Positions 1 to 11,370 of a DNA stretch of 32,000 nucleotides are shown piece by piece. Below the pieces are notes generated by a model. It was not told the origin of the DNA and made no database searches. It worked only from the letters and a program-made list of their open reading frames with translations. The stretch covers positions 60,001 to 92,000 of the forward strand of contig NZ_LT594522.1 of assembly GCF_900090215.1 (NCBI RefSeq). Reading direction: 5' to 3'. Numbering within the stretch: position 1 is the stretch's first letter; the number at the start of each line of letters is the position of its first letter. The DNA is from a secondary endosymbiont of Trabutina mannipara (GTDB lineage: Bacteria > Pseudomonadota > Gammaproteobacteria > Enterobacterales > Enterobacteriaceae). A program made the position numbers and the translations under genes.

Positions 1-1044
1 CCTGGTATGACTATTGTTTGCGGAGATTCTCATACTGCTACTCACGGTGCTTTTGGTGCTTTAGCATTCGGTATCGGTACATCTGAAGTGGAACATGTGC
101 TAGCGACACAGACTTTAAAACAAAGTAGATCAAAAACTATGAGAATAGACGTAATAGGTAATACCGCATCTAGTATTACTGCAAAAGATATAATCTTAGC
201 TATTATCGGTAAAATAGGCACTGCTGGAGGTACTGGACATGTAGTAGAATTCAGCGGTGTCGCTATACGATCGCTTAGTATGGAAGGCCGTATGACCTTG
301 TGCAATATGGCTATTGAAATGGGTGCTAAAGCTGGTCTTATTGCACCTGATGATATTACCTACTCATATTTACAAAATCGTCAATTTTCTCCTAAAGGTG
401 AAAATTGGCATCAAGCCTTAACCTATTGGAATACTCTAAAATCTGATAATGATGCTTATTTTGATAAAGTAATAACGCTGGATGTGCAAAATATAGCTCC
501 CCAAATTACCTGGGGGACTAACCCTGGTCAAGTAATTGCTGTTAACCAGCCTATTCCGTCACCAGATTCATTTATCGATCCAGTGGAGCGACAATCAGCA
601 GCAAAGGCGCTAGATTATATGGATTTAAAATCTGGAATTTACTTAACAGATGTGACAATTGATAAGGTTTTCATTGGTTCTTGTACTAATTCCCGTATTG
701 AAGATCTTCGTGCTGCTGCAGCAGTTGCTCATGGACGTCGTGTAGCTAATGGCGTGCATGCTATCGTTGTACCAGGTTCTGGTCCTGTTAAAATGCAAGC
801 AGAATTAGAAGGTTTAGATATTATTTTTATTGAAGCAGGTTTTGAATGGCGCCTGCCAGGTTGTTCTATGTGCATTGCAATGAACAACGATCGCTTAAAT
901 CCAGGAGAACGCTGCGCTTCTACCAGTAATCGTAACTTTGAAGGACGCCAGGGACGTGGAGGACGTACTCATCTAGTAAGTCCCGCAATGGCAGCAGCTG
1001 CCGCAGTTTTTGGACGTTTCACTGATATTCGTGAATTAATTTAG
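1..1044 (+). CDS. leuC: 3-isopropylmalate dehydratase large subunit, C-terminal ~347 codons (5' end lies outside the window)
   Basis: The frame is open to the window edge. [51 protein letters not shown] and [14 protein letters not shown]...[12 protein letters not shown] are aconitase-family Fe-S/active-site blocks of LeuC. leuD follows 36 nt downstream. Confidence 0.95.
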   Translation, partial: PGMTIVCGDSHTATHGAFGALAFGIGTSEVEHVLATQTLKQSRSKTMRIDVIGNTASSITAKDIILAIIGKIGTAGGTGHVVEFSGVAIRSLSMEGRMTLCNMAIEMGAKAGLIAPDDITYSYLQNRQFSPKGENWHQALTYWNTLKSDNDAYFDKVITLDVQNIAPQITWGTNPGQVIAVNQPIPSPDSFIDPVERQSAAKALDYMDLKSGIYLTDVTIDKVFIGSCTNSRIEDLRAAAAVAHGRRVANGVHAIVVPGSGPVKMQAELEGLDIIFIEAGFEWRLPGCSMCIAMNNDRLNPGERCASTSNRNFEGRQGRGGRTHLVSPAMAAAAAVFGRFTDIRELI

Positions 1045-1080
1045 TAAAAAAGTAAAAAGAAAAACGGAAGTAAAAATAAA

Positions 1081-1683
1081 ATGGCTAAATTTATAAAACA
1101 TACCGGTATCGTTTTACCTCTTGATGTAGCTAATGTTGATACTGATGCAATTATTCCTAAGCAATTCTTGCAGAAGGTAACCCGTACCGGTTTTGGCCAA
1201 CACTTATTCAATGATTGGCGTTTTTTAGATAATGCAGGAAAAAAAATAAATCAAGATTTTGTATTAAATCAACCGCGCTACCACGGAGCAAGTATTTTAC
1301 TTGCACGAGAAAATTTTGGTTGCGGGTCTTCGCGTGAGCACGCGCCATGGGCGTTAATAGATTACGGTTTTCATGCGTTGATAGCACCAAGTTTTGCTGA
1401 TATTTTTTATAGTAACAGTATTAACAATCAATTGTTACCGATTACAATTTCGGAAAATCATGTTAATGATCTATTTACTATGGTTACGACGCAGGAAGTT
1501 ATAACTTTCACCGTTAACTTAGAACACCAGCAAGTAGTAGCTGGTGATAAAATTTATTTTTTTGAAATAGAAACTTTTAGCCGTTATTGTTTAATAAATG
1601 GTATCGATAGTATCGGTCTTACGCTAAGGCATGATGAAGCAATAAGCAAATACGAAATGCATCAGTTGTCATTTCTAAACTAG
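1081..1683 (+). CDS. leuD: 3-isopropylmalate dehydratase small subunit
   Basis: 200 aa, collinear with E. coli LeuD ([62 protein letters not shown]). Confidence 0.95.
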   Translation: MAKFIKHTGIVLPLDVANVDTDAIIPKQFLQKVTRTGFGQHLFNDWRFLDNAGKKINQDFVLNQPRYHGASILLARENFGCGSSREHAPWALIDYGFHALIAPSFADIFYSNSINNQLLPITISENHVNDLFTMVTTQEVITFTVNLEHQQVVAGDKIYFFEIETFSRYCLINGIDSIGLTLRHDEAISKYEMHQLSFLN

Positions 1684-1778
1684 ATAAAATTAATTTTTTT
1701 AGATATAAATGATTTAAACGCGCTTTTAAAGCGTAAAAGTCAATTTAACGATAATTTGAATGCTTTATTCTTTTAAGA

Positions 1779-3017
1779 ATGCATATTTTGGTAATCTTTT
1801 TTATATTACTATTAGGTACAAACAGCGCCTTTGCTACTTTACAGGTATTAGATAAAGTTGCCGCTGTAGTTAATAAAGACATAGTACTTGAAAGCGATAT
1901 TAACAGTATGCTAAATATGATGAAATACGGAAATAAAGAATACAATCAACAATTTTTTGAAGAAAAAACACTGCACAGCAAGATTCTCAATCGGCTAATT
2001 ATGGAAAACATTATTTTACATCTGGCACAACGCGCTCATATTAGTATTAGCAGTAAATATTTAGATCATGTTATTAGGAATATAGCCTCAAAAAACTATA
2101 TTACTATTGATCAGTTACGTAATTATCTAGCTTATGACAAGCTAGACTATAATACCTATCGTGCGCAACTTAGCAAAGAAATTTTAATTTCTAAAGTATG
2201 CAATAGCGAAGTTCGACGCCGTATTACTATTTTTCCGCAAGAAATAGATTCTATAATACAGCAAATAGCTATTAAAAACAGAAATAGCACTAAATTTAAT
2301 ATTAATCATATTTTAATTAAGTTACCAGAAAACCCAACACAAGCTGCTATATTTAAAGCAGAAACGTTAGCCTCATATGTAGTTAAATACGCTAATAACT
2401 ATCAGCAAGAACATAAAGTACAGATAGGTTGGAAAAAATTTGAAGAACTACCTGCGTTGTTTGCAGTTAGTATACAATATGCTAAAAAAGGAAATATTGT
2501 AGGTCCAATTCGTTCTGAAGTGGGTTTTCATATACTAAAAATCAACGATGTTCGAATAGAACATAAAAAAATAACTAAAGAAGAAGTGCATATTCGCCAT
2601 ATTTTTTTGCGTGATTCTATCATTAGAAATGATCAATGTGCCCGATCTAAGCTGGAAAATATTTCAGATAAAATAAGTAAAGGTAGCATTAGCTTTGAAG
2701 CTGTAGCAAAACAGCAATCTGAAGACCCCAATTCGTCAAATAAAGGGGGAGATTTAGGTTGGCGATTTACTGATGCATTTGATTCAAATTTACGCGATGT
2801 ACTAATGCATTTGCATAAGGGAGAAATTAGCACACCAGTGCATTCAGCCTTCGGCTGGCATATAATTCAACTTATTGATATTAGGCAAGTAGATTGTACT
2901 GACTCTTTTTCTAAAGAGAATGCTTATAGGATTCTTTTTAAGCGTAAGTTCTACGAAGAAGTTCAGAACTGGATGCAAGAGCAACACTCTTCTTCATATA
3001 TAAAAATATTAAAATAA
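1779..3017 (+). CDS. surA: periplasmic chaperone / peptidyl-prolyl isomerase SurA
   Basis: 412 aa with a signal-like N-terminus MHILVIFFILLLGTNSAFA. LDKVAAVVNKDIVLESD, EVRRRITIFPQE, GPIRSEVGFHILKINDVR and GGDLGW...SAFGWHIIQLID are collinear with E. coli SurA (428 aa). The shortfall lies in the first parvulin domain. Confidence 0.9.
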   Translation: MHILVIFFILLLGTNSAFATLQVLDKVAAVVNKDIVLESDINSMLNMMKYGNKEYNQQFFEEKTLHSKILNRLIMENIILHLAQRAHISISSKYLDHVIRNIASKNYITIDQLRNYLAYDKLDYNTYRAQLSKEILISKVCNSEVRRRITIFPQEIDSIIQQIAIKNRNSTKFNINHILIKLPENPTQAAIFKAETLASYVVKYANNYQQEHKVQIGWKKFEELPALFAVSIQYAKKGNIVGPIRSEVGFHILKINDVRIEHKKITKEEVHIRHIFLRDSIIRNDQCARSKLENISDKISKGSISFEAVAKQQSEDPNSSNKGGDLGWRFTDAFDSNLRDVLMHLHKGEISTPVHSAFGWHIIQLIDIRQVDCTDSFSKENAYRILFKRKFYEEVQNWMQEQHSSSYIKILK

Positions 3018-3020
3018 ATA

Positions 3021-3830
3021 ATGAATAAATGTATTTATCAAGGACATCTGGTACGCCAGCGTTTTGGACAACATTTTTTATATGATAGCAATATTATTGA
3101 TGCTATTGTTACTGCTATTGCTCCAGAGCCTAGTCAAGCAATAGTAGAAATTGGTCCAGGACTAGGTGCACTGACTATACCAGTGGTAAAACGTGTTTAT
3201 AACATGACAGTTATAGAACTTGACCGTAATTTAGTAGCTAGGTTGGCTAACAACTATTTTCTAAATTATCGACTGAATATAGTACAAGCAGATGCAATGA
3301 AGATCGATTTTGCCAAACTTTCCGCTAAACTTGGTCAGTCGTTGCGAATATTTGGAAATTTGCCATACAATATTTCTACACAGCTCATTTTTAAACTTTT
3401 TAACTATACTTCCGCTATTATTGATATGCACTTCATGCTACAAAAAGAAGTAGTAAACCGTATGGTTGCAGTACCAAACAGCAAGTCATACGGAAGGTTG
3501 AGCGTAATGTCCCAATATTTTTGTAAAATTATTCCTGTGCTAGAAGTACCTCCTACTTCTTTTAAACCAGAGCCTAAAGTAAATTCAATGGTAGTTAAAT
3601 TAATACCATATACTAAGCTACCGTTTCCTGTAATTGACTTAAATAAGCTAACTACCTTAACTAAGGTAGCGTTTAATCAACGTCGTAAAACAATACGTAA
3701 TAGTCTAATTAATCTTTTTAGTACTCAACAATTAGAGAAACATGGTATTAATGCGACATTAAGAGCAGAAAATTTAAGTATTGAGCATTATAGCCAGTTG
3801 GCTAATGTACTTGCTGAAAAAAAAATATAG
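3021..3830 (+). CDS. rsmA: 16S rRNA (adenine1518/1519-N6)-dimethyltransferase
   Basis: 269 aa. [25 protein letters not shown] (SAM site), [12 protein letters not shown] and [12 protein letters not shown] are collinear with E. coli KsgA/RsmA. The ATG lies 3 nt after the surA stop. Confidence 0.93.
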   Translation: MNKCIYQGHLVRQRFGQHFLYDSNIIDAIVTAIAPEPSQAIVEIGPGLGALTIPVVKRVYNMTVIELDRNLVARLANNYFLNYRLNIVQADAMKIDFAKLSAKLGQSLRIFGNLPYNISTQLIFKLFNYTSAIIDMHFMLQKEVVNRMVAVPNSKSYGRLSVMSQYFCKIIPVLEVPPTSFKPEPKVNSMVVKLIPYTKLPFPVIDLNKLTTLTKVAFNQRRKTIRNSLINLFSTQQLEKHGINATLRAENLSIEHYSQLANVLAEKKI

Positions 3831-3842
3831 TATTTACTTAAT

Positions 3843-6800
3843 TTACTTAATAATTTGCGAGTGAAATTCTTGCAATGAACTTACTTGTGAAGTAGCCTTA
3901 GCATTAAAGGATATAGTTGTAGCTAATCCTCCGTTTATCGTCGTGTCGTAATAAACTTTATAGTGCAAAGCACTACGTCTTATAAGTTTAGAATCCTCAA
4001 TTGCCTTGCGTCCAGAGGTAGTATTGATAATATAGCTGTATTCACCGTTTTTAATTCTGTCAAGAATGTGTGGTCTTCCCTCATGAATTTTATTTACAAG
4101 ACGAGGATTGATACCTGCCTCACCTAATACAATAGCTGTACCATGGGTTGCGTCTAGCTCAAATCCTTGTTTAAGGAGCTTAGCAGCTAAATCTACTATT
4201 CGTTCTTTATCGTAATCACGAACAGATAACAAAGCTCTACCTTTTTTATTAATGTACGATTGACTGCCTAATTTAGCCTTAGAAAAAGCTTCTGCAAATG
4301 TTCTTCCTATTCCCATTACCTCTCCTGTAGATCGCATTTCTGGACCTAGAATTGGATCTACTCCATGAAACTTATTAAATGGCAACACTACCTCTTTTAC
4401 TGAGTAGTATGGTGGAATAACCTCATGTATAATTCCCTGTTCTATTAGAGATTTACCGACCATTACTCTAGCCGCAACTTTTGCTAAAGCTACACCAGTA
4501 GCCTTAGAAACAAAGGGTACTGTACGAGCAGCGCGAGGGTTTACTTCAATTAAATAAACTTCATTATTTTTTACAGCAAATTGTACATTCATAAGGCCTA
4601 TTACATGCAGTTCAAACGCTATTTTCTCTACCTGAGAACGAATAATATTTTTAATGTCACTGTTCAGCGTATATGTTGGTAATGAACAAGCTGAATCTCC
4701 AGAGTGTACTCCTGCCTGTTCAATGTGCTCCATAATCCCACCAATTAATATGTTTTTACCATCGCAAACTGCATCTACGTCTACTTCAATAGCATCATCT
4801 AGGAATCGATCCAGTAACACTGGGGCATCATTTGATACATTAACTGCATCGTTGAAATAACGCATTAGATCAATCTCATCATACACAATTTCCATTGCTC
4901 GTCCTCCTAGGACATAAGAAGGACGGACCACTAGCGGATAACCTATCCTAGATGATTGTTCTATTGCTGAATCAATGTTATTTACAGTAGTATTTTCAGG
5001 TTGTTTTAATTTTAAACGTTTGACAACTTGCTGAAATAGTTTCCTATCTTCTGCAAGATTTATAGAATATGGGCAAGTACCTATTACTGGAACATTTTCT
5101 TTTTCAAGAGCTAGTGCTAACTTTAGCGGTGTTTGACCTCCGTACTGTATAATAACGCCTTTAGGTTTTTCAATACGTACGATTTCAATCACGTCTTCTA
5201 GTGTTACAGGTTCAAAATATAGCCTATCGGATATATCATAATCTGTAGAAACTGTCTCTGGATTACAATTTACCATAATAGTTTCATAACCATCTTCCCG
5301 TAGCGCTAGTGATGCATGTACGCAACAGTAATCAAACTCTATACCTTGACCTATTCTGTTTGGTCCCCCGCCTAGTACCATAATTTTTTTAATATTTTTA
5401 CAAGGATATGATTCACATTCTTCATCATAAGTAGAATACATATAGGCAGTTTCAGTAGCGAACTCAGCAGCGCAAGTATCTACTCTTTTATATACTGGAT
5501 GTAAATTATAGCTTTCGCGTAATTTTCTAATTTCAGTTTCCGTTAGTCCAACTAAAGTTGCTAACCTAGCATCAGCAAATCCTTTACGTTTTAGCTTACG
5601 TAGGTAAGCTGCATTAAGTGCATTTATACCTCTATCTGATACATCAGTTTCTAGTTTTACTAGATCTTCAATTTGTACTAAAAACCAGCGATCAATATTA
5701 GTTAGTTTAAAAATTACATCTACAGACATACCAGCGCGGAATGCGTCTGCAACATACCATATGCGCTCGCTACCAGCGTTTTTTAGTTCACGTCGTAAAA
5801 TGGTCAACGCTTCTGGATCATCGATATTTACTTTGGGATCTAACCCGCTGACACCTAATTCTAATCCTCGTAATGCTTTTTGCAGTGATTCTTGCTGATT
5901 ACGTCCAATAGCCATTACCTCACCCACAGATTTCATCTGTGTGGTAAGACGATCGTTGGTACCAGAAAATTTCTCAAAATTGAAACGAGGAATTTTTGTT
6001 ACTACATAATCGATAGATGGCTCGAAAGAAGCAGGAGTGCGTCTTCCAGTAATGTCGTTCATTAATTCATCTAATGTATATCCTACTGCTAGCTTAGCTG
6101 CTATTTTAGCGATAGGAAAACCTGTGGCTTTAGATGCAAGTGCAGAAGATCGTGAAACTCTTGGGTTCATTTCAATAATAACAAGCCTGCCGTTTTTAGG
6201 ATTTACTGCAAATTGTACGTTAGATCCGCCATTTTCTACACCAATTTCACGCAATACCGCTATTGAGGCACTACGCATAATTTGGTATTCTTTATCTGTT
6301 AGGGTTTGTGCCGGTGCAACAGTTATTGAATCTCCGGTATGGATGCCCATAGGATCGATATTCTCAATAGAACAAATAATAATAGAATTATCTTTTCTAT
6401 CGCGTACTACTTCCATCTCATATTCTTTCCAACCTATAAGCGACTCATCTATTAGTAATTCAGTAGTAGGCGACAAATCTAGACCGCACTTACAAATTTT
6501 TTCAAATTCTTCTCTATTATAGGCAATACCGCTGCCTGTACCCCCCATAGTGAATGATGGACGTATAATACAGGGAAAACCTACATTTGCAGCAACTACT
6601 AACGCTTCATCTATAGTATGAGCAATACCAGACCTAGCAGTTTCTAAACCTATTTTTTTCATTGCATTATTGAAACGTTGTCTATCTTCTGCTTTATCGA
6701 TAACATCAACAGTAGAACCAATTATTTCTATACTAAATTCTTTGAGTATGCATTTACGTGCTAGTTCTAAAGCACAGTTTAACGCTGTCTGACCACCCAT

Positions 6801-7067
6801 AGTAGGTAATAGTGCATCAGGCCTTTCTTTCTTAATAATTTTATATATTACTTCCCAATGAAGAGGTTCAATATAGGTTGCATCAGCCATTTCAGGATCA
6901 GTCATGATGGTTGCAGGATTTGAATTTACTAGAATTATGCGGTAGCCCTCTTCACGTAGTGCTTTGCATGCTTGTGTGCCTGAATAGTCAAACTCGCATG
7001 CCTGTCCAATAACTATAGGACCAGATCCTAATATTAAGATACTTTTTATATCGGTACGTTTTGACAT
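3843..7067 (-). CDS. carB: carbamoyl-phosphate synthase large subunit
   Basis: 1074 aa, collinear with E. coli CarB from [30 protein letters not shown]. Both ATP-grasp halves and the C-terminal allosteric domain are present. AGGA lies about 8 nt upstream of the ATG. Confidence 0.97.
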   Translation of the reverse strand: MSKRTDIKSILILGSGPIVIGQACEFDYSGTQACKALREEGYRIILVNSNPATIMTDPEMADATYIEPLHWEVIYKIIKKERPDALLPTMGGQTALNCALELARKCILKEFSIEIIGSTVDVIDKAEDRQRFNNAMKKIGLETARSGIAHTIDEALVVAANVGFPCIIRPSFTMGGTGSGIAYNREEFEKICKCGLDLSPTTELLIDESLIGWKEYEMEVVRDRKDNSIIICSIENIDPMGIHTGDSITVAPAQTLTDKEYQIMRSASIAVLREIGVENGGSNVQFAVNPKNGRLVIIEMNPRVSRSSALASKATGFPIAKIAAKLAVGYTLDELMNDITGRRTPASFEPSIDYVVTKIPRFNFEKFSGTNDRLTTQMKSVGEVMAIGRNQQESLQKALRGLELGVSGLDPKVNIDDPEALTILRRELKNAGSERIWYVADAFRAGMSVDVIFKLTNIDRWFLVQIEDLVKLETDVSDRGINALNAAYLRKLKRKGFADARLATLVGLTETEIRKLRESYNLHPVYKRVDTCAAEFATETAYMYSTYDEECESYPCKNIKKIMVLGGGPNRIGQGIEFDYCCVHASLALREDGYETIMVNCNPETVSTDYDISDRLYFEPVTLEDVIEIVRIEKPKGVIIQYGGQTPLKLALALEKENVPVIGTCPYSINLAEDRKLFQQVVKRLKLKQPENTTVNNIDSAIEQSSRIGYPLVVRPSYVLGGRAMEIVYDEIDLMRYFNDAVNVSNDAPVLLDRFLDDAIEVDVDAVCDGKNILIGGIMEHIEQAGVHSGDSACSLPTYTLNSDIKNIIRSQVEKIAFELHVIGLMNVQFAVKNNEVYLIEVNPRAARTVPFVSKATGVALAKVAARVMVGKSLIEQGIIHEVIPPYYSVKEVVLPFNKFHGVDPILGPEMRSTGEVMGIGRTFAEAFSKAKLGSQSYINKKGRALLSVRDYDKERIVDLAAKLLKQGFELDATHGTAIVLGEAGINPRLVNKIHEGRPHILDRIKNGEYSYIINTTSGRKAIEDSKLIRRSALHYKVYYDTTINGGLATTISFNAKATSQVSSLQEFHSQIIK

Positions 7068-8209
7068 TTTATATTCCTAAAAAATCGATAATCTTTGATT
7101 AACTTAATAAAATAGTCAAATAAAAATGCAGCGTCATGCGGTCCAGGACTTGATTCAGGATGACCTTGAAAGCTAAAGGCAGGTTTATCGTTGCGATGCA
7201 ACCCTTGCAGGGTGCCGTCGAACAGTGAAATATGGGTTACTCTAATTGTGGGAGGCAGAGTTTTATCGTCTACAGCGAAGCCATGATTTTGGGCAGTTAT
7301 TATAACTCTATCTGTAGATAAATCTTTTACAGGATGGTTACTGCCATGGTGACCGAATTTCATCTTTATTGTTTTTGCTCCACTTGCCAGCGCTAGTAAT
7401 TGATGACCCAGGCAGATACCGAATATTGGAATATTAAGATTCAGTAAATTCTGTATTGCAGTGATTGCATAAAAGCAAGGAGCAGGATCACCGGGACCGT
7501 TAGATAAAAAAATGCCTTCAGGGTTCATTTTTAATACAGTTTCAGCTGTAGTCTGTGCAGGTACTATGGTTAAACGACAGCCTCTATCTACTAGCATGCG
7601 CATGATATTGCGCTTAATACCGTAATCATAAACAACTACATGATAAGGAAGATCTAGAGAAGGTGCTGGTAATCCTTTCTCTAGAGTCCAACTTCCCTGA
7701 GTCCAACTGTATGGGACGTTGGTACTAACTTCTTTTGCTAAATCTATGCCGTTTAACCCTGTAAATTTTCGAGCTTTGTGTAAAGCTAGTTGTTCATCTT
7801 GAGTATCATCAGCAATGATACAGCCATTTTGTACTCCTTTTTCTCGTAGCAAACGAGTTAATTTACGAGTATCAATATCAGCTATACCAATAATATTTTG
7901 TTGCTTAAGGTAAGTTGATAAAGACAACGTACGGCGAAAATTGCTATCGATAATAGGGAGATCTCTGATAATCAACGCCTGAGCCTGCACATGAGGTGAT
8001 TCATTGTCTACTTCATTGATGCCAGTATTGCCGATATGGGGATAAGTAAGAGTAACAATTTGGCGTGAATAAGAAGAATCAGTTAGTATTTCTTGGTAAC
8101 CAGTTATTGAAGTATTGAAAACAACTTCTCCTACCGCCGTGCCCTCTGCTCCAATAGAGCGTCCATGAAATTTAGTTCCGTCTTCTAGAACCAAGAGCGC
8201 TGAATTCAT
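7046..8209 (-). CDS. carA: carbamoyl-phosphate synthase small (glutaminase) subunit
   Basis: 387 aa. [42 protein letters not shown] and the glutaminase region [10 protein letters not shown]...[10 protein letters not shown] are collinear with E. coli CarA. The stop lies 22 nt inside carB, giving a C-terminal extension of about 8 aa. Confidence 0.95.
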   Translation of the reverse strand: MNSALLVLEDGTKFHGRSIGAEGTAVGEVVFNTSITGYQEILTDSSYSRQIVTLTYPHIGNTGINEVDNESPHVQAQALIIRDLPIIDSNFRRTLSLSTYLKQQNIIGIADIDTRKLTRLLREKGVQNGCIIADDTQDEQLALHKARKFTGLNGIDLAKEVSTNVPYSWTQGSWTLEKGLPAPSLDLPYHVVVYDYGIKRNIMRMLVDRGCRLTIVPAQTTAETVLKMNPEGIFLSNGPGDPAPCFYAITAIQNLLNLNIPIFGICLGHQLLALASGAKTIKMKFGHHGSNHPVKDLSTDRVIITAQNHGFAVDDKTLPPTIRVTHISLFDGTLQGLHRNDKPAFSFQGHPESSPGPHDAAFLFDYFIKLIKDYRFFRNIKCQNVPI

Positions 8210-8258
8210 AAATTCAATACCCCTAAAATTAATTTTATTATTTTATATGATTTATTAA

Positions 8259-9083
8259 TTATTTTATATTAAGCACATGGGTCATATCGAATATACCTTT
8301 TTTTTGACTAGATAACCAAACTGCAGCGCGAACTGCCCCGCTAGCAAAAGTCATTCTACTTGAAGCTTTATGGGTAATTTCTAATCTCTCTCCTATCGAG
8401 GCAAATATAGCTGTATGCTCACCTACAATATCTCCAGCTCGGATTGTAGAGAAACCAATACTTTTTTCTTTTTGCTCTACGGTATTTTTTTCGCGACAGT
8501 ACACAGCTACACTATCTAGATCGCGTCCCAGTGCACCAGCTAGGGTTTCTCCTATAACTAGTGCCGTGCCAGACGGGGCATCTATTTTATTACGATGATG
8601 CATTTCTATAATTTCTATATCTGCATCATTTCCAATTACTTTGGCAGCTTTTTCCAGTAATTTAAGCATTAAATTAATGCCAACGCTAAAATTTGCAGCA
8701 AATACGATGCTAGTATCCTGCGCAGCTAAGTTAATAATTTTTTTTTGAGTATGGCTAAAACCAGTTGTGCCGATAACAATACCTTTTTGATAACTTCTGC
8801 AAAAATCTAAATATGTGAGACTCGTATCAGGACGAGTAAAATCTATAAAAATATCAAAATCTTCTTTAATTTCATTAATATCGCTCTTTATTTTTACTCC
8901 TAGTATTCCCATATTAGTTATTTTACCAACATCCATACCGTATAGCTCAGAACAATTTCTGCTTAATGCCGCTCCTAACACTACCTGCTCAGATTGTACT
9001 ACTGCCTGTATAAGCTTACGCCCCATTTTTCCGCTAACTCCAGAGACTGCGATGCGGGTTGGTTTATTGCTCATGCTAATCAT
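8259..9083 (-). CDS. dapB: 4-hydroxy-tetrahydrodipicolinate reductase
   Basis: The track ORF starts at 9149, but similarity to E. coli DapB (..IRVAIAGAGGRMGRQLIQA) begins at [29 protein letters not shown] place the start at ATG 9083; ATG 9074 is also possible. [16 protein letters not shown] and AGDIVGEHT blocks are present. Confidence 0.9.
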   Translation of the reverse strand: MISMSNKPTRIAVSGVSGKMGRKLIQAVVQSEQVVLGAALSRNCSELYGMDVGKITNMGILGVKIKSDINEIKEDFDIFIDFTRPDTSLTYLDFCRSYQKGIVIGTTGFSHTQKKIINLAAQDTSIVFAANFSVGINLMLKLLEKAAKVIGNDADIEIIEMHHRNKIDAPSGTALVIGETLAGALGRDLDSVAVYCREKNTVEQKEKSIGFSTIRAGDIVGEHTAIFASIGERLEITHKASSRMTFASGAVRAAVWLSSQKKGIFDMTHVLNIK

Positions 9084-9130
9084 ATGAGATTCTCTTAAAT
9101 TAATTTTATTAATCATAAAAAATTTAACAT

Positions 9131-9170
9131 ATAAGTTAAAATATATCAAAATAAGTTAAAATATATCAAA
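9131..9170. repeat. perfect 20-bp tandem duplication (ATAAGTTAAAATATATCAAA x2) in the dapB upstream region
   Basis: Read directly: 9131-9150 is identical to 9151-9170. Confidence 0.95.
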
Positions 9171-9191
9171 ATTTTAAATTAAAATTTTGAT
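9165..9191 (-). terminator. weak candidate terminator or hairpin downstream of prmC (AT-only 11-bp inverted repeat)
   Basis: ATCAAAATTTT (9165-9175), a 5-nt loop, then AAAATTTTGAT (9181-9191). It lies 24 nt past the prmC stop. It is composed entirely of A/T, so stability is low. Confidence 0.2.
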
Positions 9192-9214
9192 ATTCAGATT
9201 GTGACCTTACTTTT

Positions 9215-10054
9215 TTATAATTTTTGTCCCTTACTAACACGATCATTATCACCATAATCGCGGATAGTTACTATTCTACTAAATCCGAAATTTGCAAGCA
9301 AAGTTCTGACGTATGCCCCTTGACGCCATCCGTGTTCTAAAATCAACCAACCTCCAGGTATCAAATGTTTTATTGACTCTCTACAAATGATTTCTAAATC
9401 TTGGAAACCATTTTTACCGGAAACTAGCGATGATTTTGGTTCAAATCTTACGTCTCCTTGTGTAAGATAAGGATCGTTTTTATAAATATAAGGAGGATTA
9501 CTAACCACAATATTATAATTGTGTATATTCACTGATTGAAACCAGTAACTTTCTTGAAAGTGTACATTATTTATCCCCAGAATTTTAGCGTTCTCTTGAG
9601 CTATAGAGACAGCACTAGGAATGCGATCAACGCCGGTTATATACCATGCAGGTCGCTCAAAAGCGATAGCTAAAGCAATAGCTCCGCTTCCTGTACCTAA
9701 ATCTAGTACCTTAGCGCCACAAATAGGCGACATTATATCTAATGTGCACTGTACTAGACATTCCGTATCAGCGCGTGGAATTAAAGTATCAGTTGTTACT
9801 CTAAGTTTTAATGACCAAAATTCACGTTCTCCCGTCAGATATGCAATAGGTTCTCCCCGTTCCCGTCGTTCCAATAATAAATTCAGCTTTTTATTTTGTG
9901 CATCTGTCAACAAAGTTTCTCCAAATGCTAGTATTTTAGTGCGATTGGCTCCAGTAACTTGAGACAGTAAAATTTCAGCATCACGTTTAGCGCTAGGACT
10001 TTCGGATATAAGCAAACGTTTTTTAGCCTGAGTTAACCATTGTTGCCAGTTCAT
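9215..10054 (-). CDS. prmC: release-factor glutamine N5-methyltransferase
   Basis: 279 aa, collinear with E. coli PrmC/HemK. It has the SAM motif [13 protein letters not shown] and the catalytic NPPY (VVSNPPYI). Its start overlaps the prfA stop in an ATGA junction. Confidence 0.92.
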   Translation of the reverse strand: MNWQQWLTQAKKRLLISESPSAKRDAEILLSQVTGANRTKILAFGETLLTDAQNKKLNLLLERRERGEPIAYLTGEREFWSLKLRVTTDTLIPRADTECLVQCTLDIMSPICGAKVLDLGTGSGAIALAIAFERPAWYITGVDRIPSAVSIAQENAKILGINNVHFQESYWFQSVNIHNYNIVVSNPPYIYKNDPYLTQGDVRFEPKSSLVSGKNGFQDLEIICRESIKHLIPGGWLILEHGWRQGAYVRTLLANFGFSRIVTIRDYGDNDRVSKGQKL

Positions 10055-11130
10055 TGTTCAGACAACGCTATTAGCTGATCAGCTTGATATTCCTGCATTA
10101 TAGGTTGGATTAGTATATCCAATTTACCTCCAATTATTTCTTCAAGCCTATACAGCGTCAGATATATACGGTGATCAGTTACTCTTCTTTGCGAAAAATT
10201 GTAGGTGCGGATACGATCGTATCGATCACCGCATCCCAGTAATTTTCTGCGCGTAGATGATTTATCCTGCTGCCTACGATTAACTTCAATAGCGCGCAAC
10301 CGAGCTCCTAGTACCGCTAATGCTTTAGCTTTATTCTTATGTTGGGAGCGTTCGTCTTGGCATTCTACAACTAATCCTGTAGGGATATGAGTAATGCGAA
10401 TAGCCGATTCTGTCGTATTAACATGCTGACCTCCTGCTCCAGAAGATCGAAAAGTATCGATACGCAGATCAACATCGTTTATTTTAGGTAGTTCTTTTTC
10501 TGGTACTTCAGGCATCACCACTACGGTACACACAGATGTGTGGATACGTCCTTGAGATTCAGTTTCTGGTATACGTTGTACGCGATGACCGCCAGATTCA
10601 AATTTTAATATACCGTAAGCACCTTTATTAGAAATCTTAGCAATAATTTCTTTATAGCCTCCATGATCAGCATCGCTAATGCTAACAATATCTATATTCC
10701 ATTTTCTATTTTCTGCAAAACGGCTGTACATACGGAACAATTCGCCTACGAATAGTGCTGCTTCATCGCCTCCTGTGCCGGCACGTATCTCTATGAAGCA
10801 TCCTCTTTCATCGTCTGGATCTTTAGGCAAAAGTAAAATTTGTAACTGCTGTTCCAATTTTTTTTTATTTAAAATAGCCTCTTGCAGCTCCTCATGAGCT
10901 ATATCATGCATTTCTGGATCATTTAGTAAGCGTTCAGCTATATTAATATTCTCTTTAACTTTTTTCCAACGCCCAAAACAGCTAGTAACATCTAAAAATT
11001 GTGCGTACTCCTTCGATAATACACGAAAACGCACCTGATCTGAAATTATATTGGGATCGCTAAGTAGCGCTTCTACTTTTTTTCTACGTTCTTGTAACGC
11101 CTCTAATTTAGCTATTATGGATGACTTCAT
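10051..11130 (-). CDS. prfA: peptide chain release factor 1
   Basis: 359 aa. It has the universal GGQ loop ([16 protein letters not shown]) and a PxT stop-codon recognition tripeptide (PET). The C-terminus ...[11 protein letters not shown] matches E. coli RF1. Confidence 0.97.
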   Translation of the reverse strand: MKSSIIAKLEALQERRKKVEALLSDPNIISDQVRFRVLSKEYAQFLDVTSCFGRWKKVKENINIAERLLNDPEMHDIAHEELQEAILNKKKLEQQLQILLLPKDPDDERGCFIEIRAGTGGDEAALFVGELFRMYSRFAENRKWNIDIVSISDADHGGYKEIIAKISNKGAYGILKFESGGHRVQRIPETESQGRIHTSVCTVVVMPEVPEKELPKINDVDLRIDTFRSSGAGGQHVNTTESAIRITHIPTGLVVECQDERSQHKNKAKALAVLGARLRAIEVNRRQQDKSSTRRKLLGCGDRYDRIRTYNFSQRRVTDHRIYLTLYRLEEIIGGKLDILIQPIMQEYQADQLIALSEQ

Positions 11131-11242
11131 GCTAGTGATCTACTTTTTACAATTTTAAAAATATAGTTTTCATAAAATTATGATAAAGTGCGTAATTACG
11201 GTTACTACATATTTGCAGTAACGTAACGTTTTTATTGTTATA

Positions 11243-11285
11243 TTGTTATCTATCTTGATAGATTTGTTATCTATCTTGATAGATT
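11243..11285. repeat. 21-bp tandem repeat x2, each unit carrying the 16-bp palindrome ATCTATCTTGATAGAT
   Basis: Palindrome copies at 11248-11263 and 11269-11284, 21 bp centre to centre. An adjacent 8-bp tandem TATTGTTA x2 lies at 11233-11248. The repeat sits in the divergent prfA/prs spacer. Confidence 0.9.
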
Positions 11286-11370
11286 ATTATATTATATAGC
11301 TCGAATCTTAAAAAAGATAAAGATACATAAATTTAGCATTTTTCATCTTAAATTTATTTAAGAGGTTTTT

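Noticed and set aside
6037-6522. A 161-aa plus-strand ORF inside carB, together with the other 60-113 aa track ORFs at 42-305, 1208-1390, 1745-1945, 2633-2833, 4654-4860, 8815-9087, 9621-9962, 10205-10390, 10679-10897, 11358-11630, 11778-12047, 14815-15054, 15238-15453, 16403-16696, 17171-17371, 17595-17846, 17798-18034, 19261-19575, 22601-22921, 23578-23772, 25280-25597, 26287-26526 and 29514-29744.
   Set aside because: All lie antisense to, and almost entirely within, strongly conserved housekeeping genes. Their translations are low-complexity (rich in S, I, L and F) with no motif I recognise. They are shadow ORFs.
8259-9149. N-terminal extensions in the ORF track for dapB (9149), ychF (12950), ruvC (18526), ruvB (19732) and rpsR (29168).
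   Set aside because: Alignment with E. coli N-termini and Shine-Dalgarno placement support the internal starts at 9083, 12986, 18598, 19744 and 29183. The ruvC extension is actually the yebC C-terminal remnant.
11215-11235. GTAACGTAACGTTTTT in the prfA/prs spacer, resembling the AAACGTTT core of a PurR box (prs is PurR-regulated in E. coli).
   Set aside because: Only the central hexamer matches and the flanking consensus positions do not. No purR evidence is available in this window.
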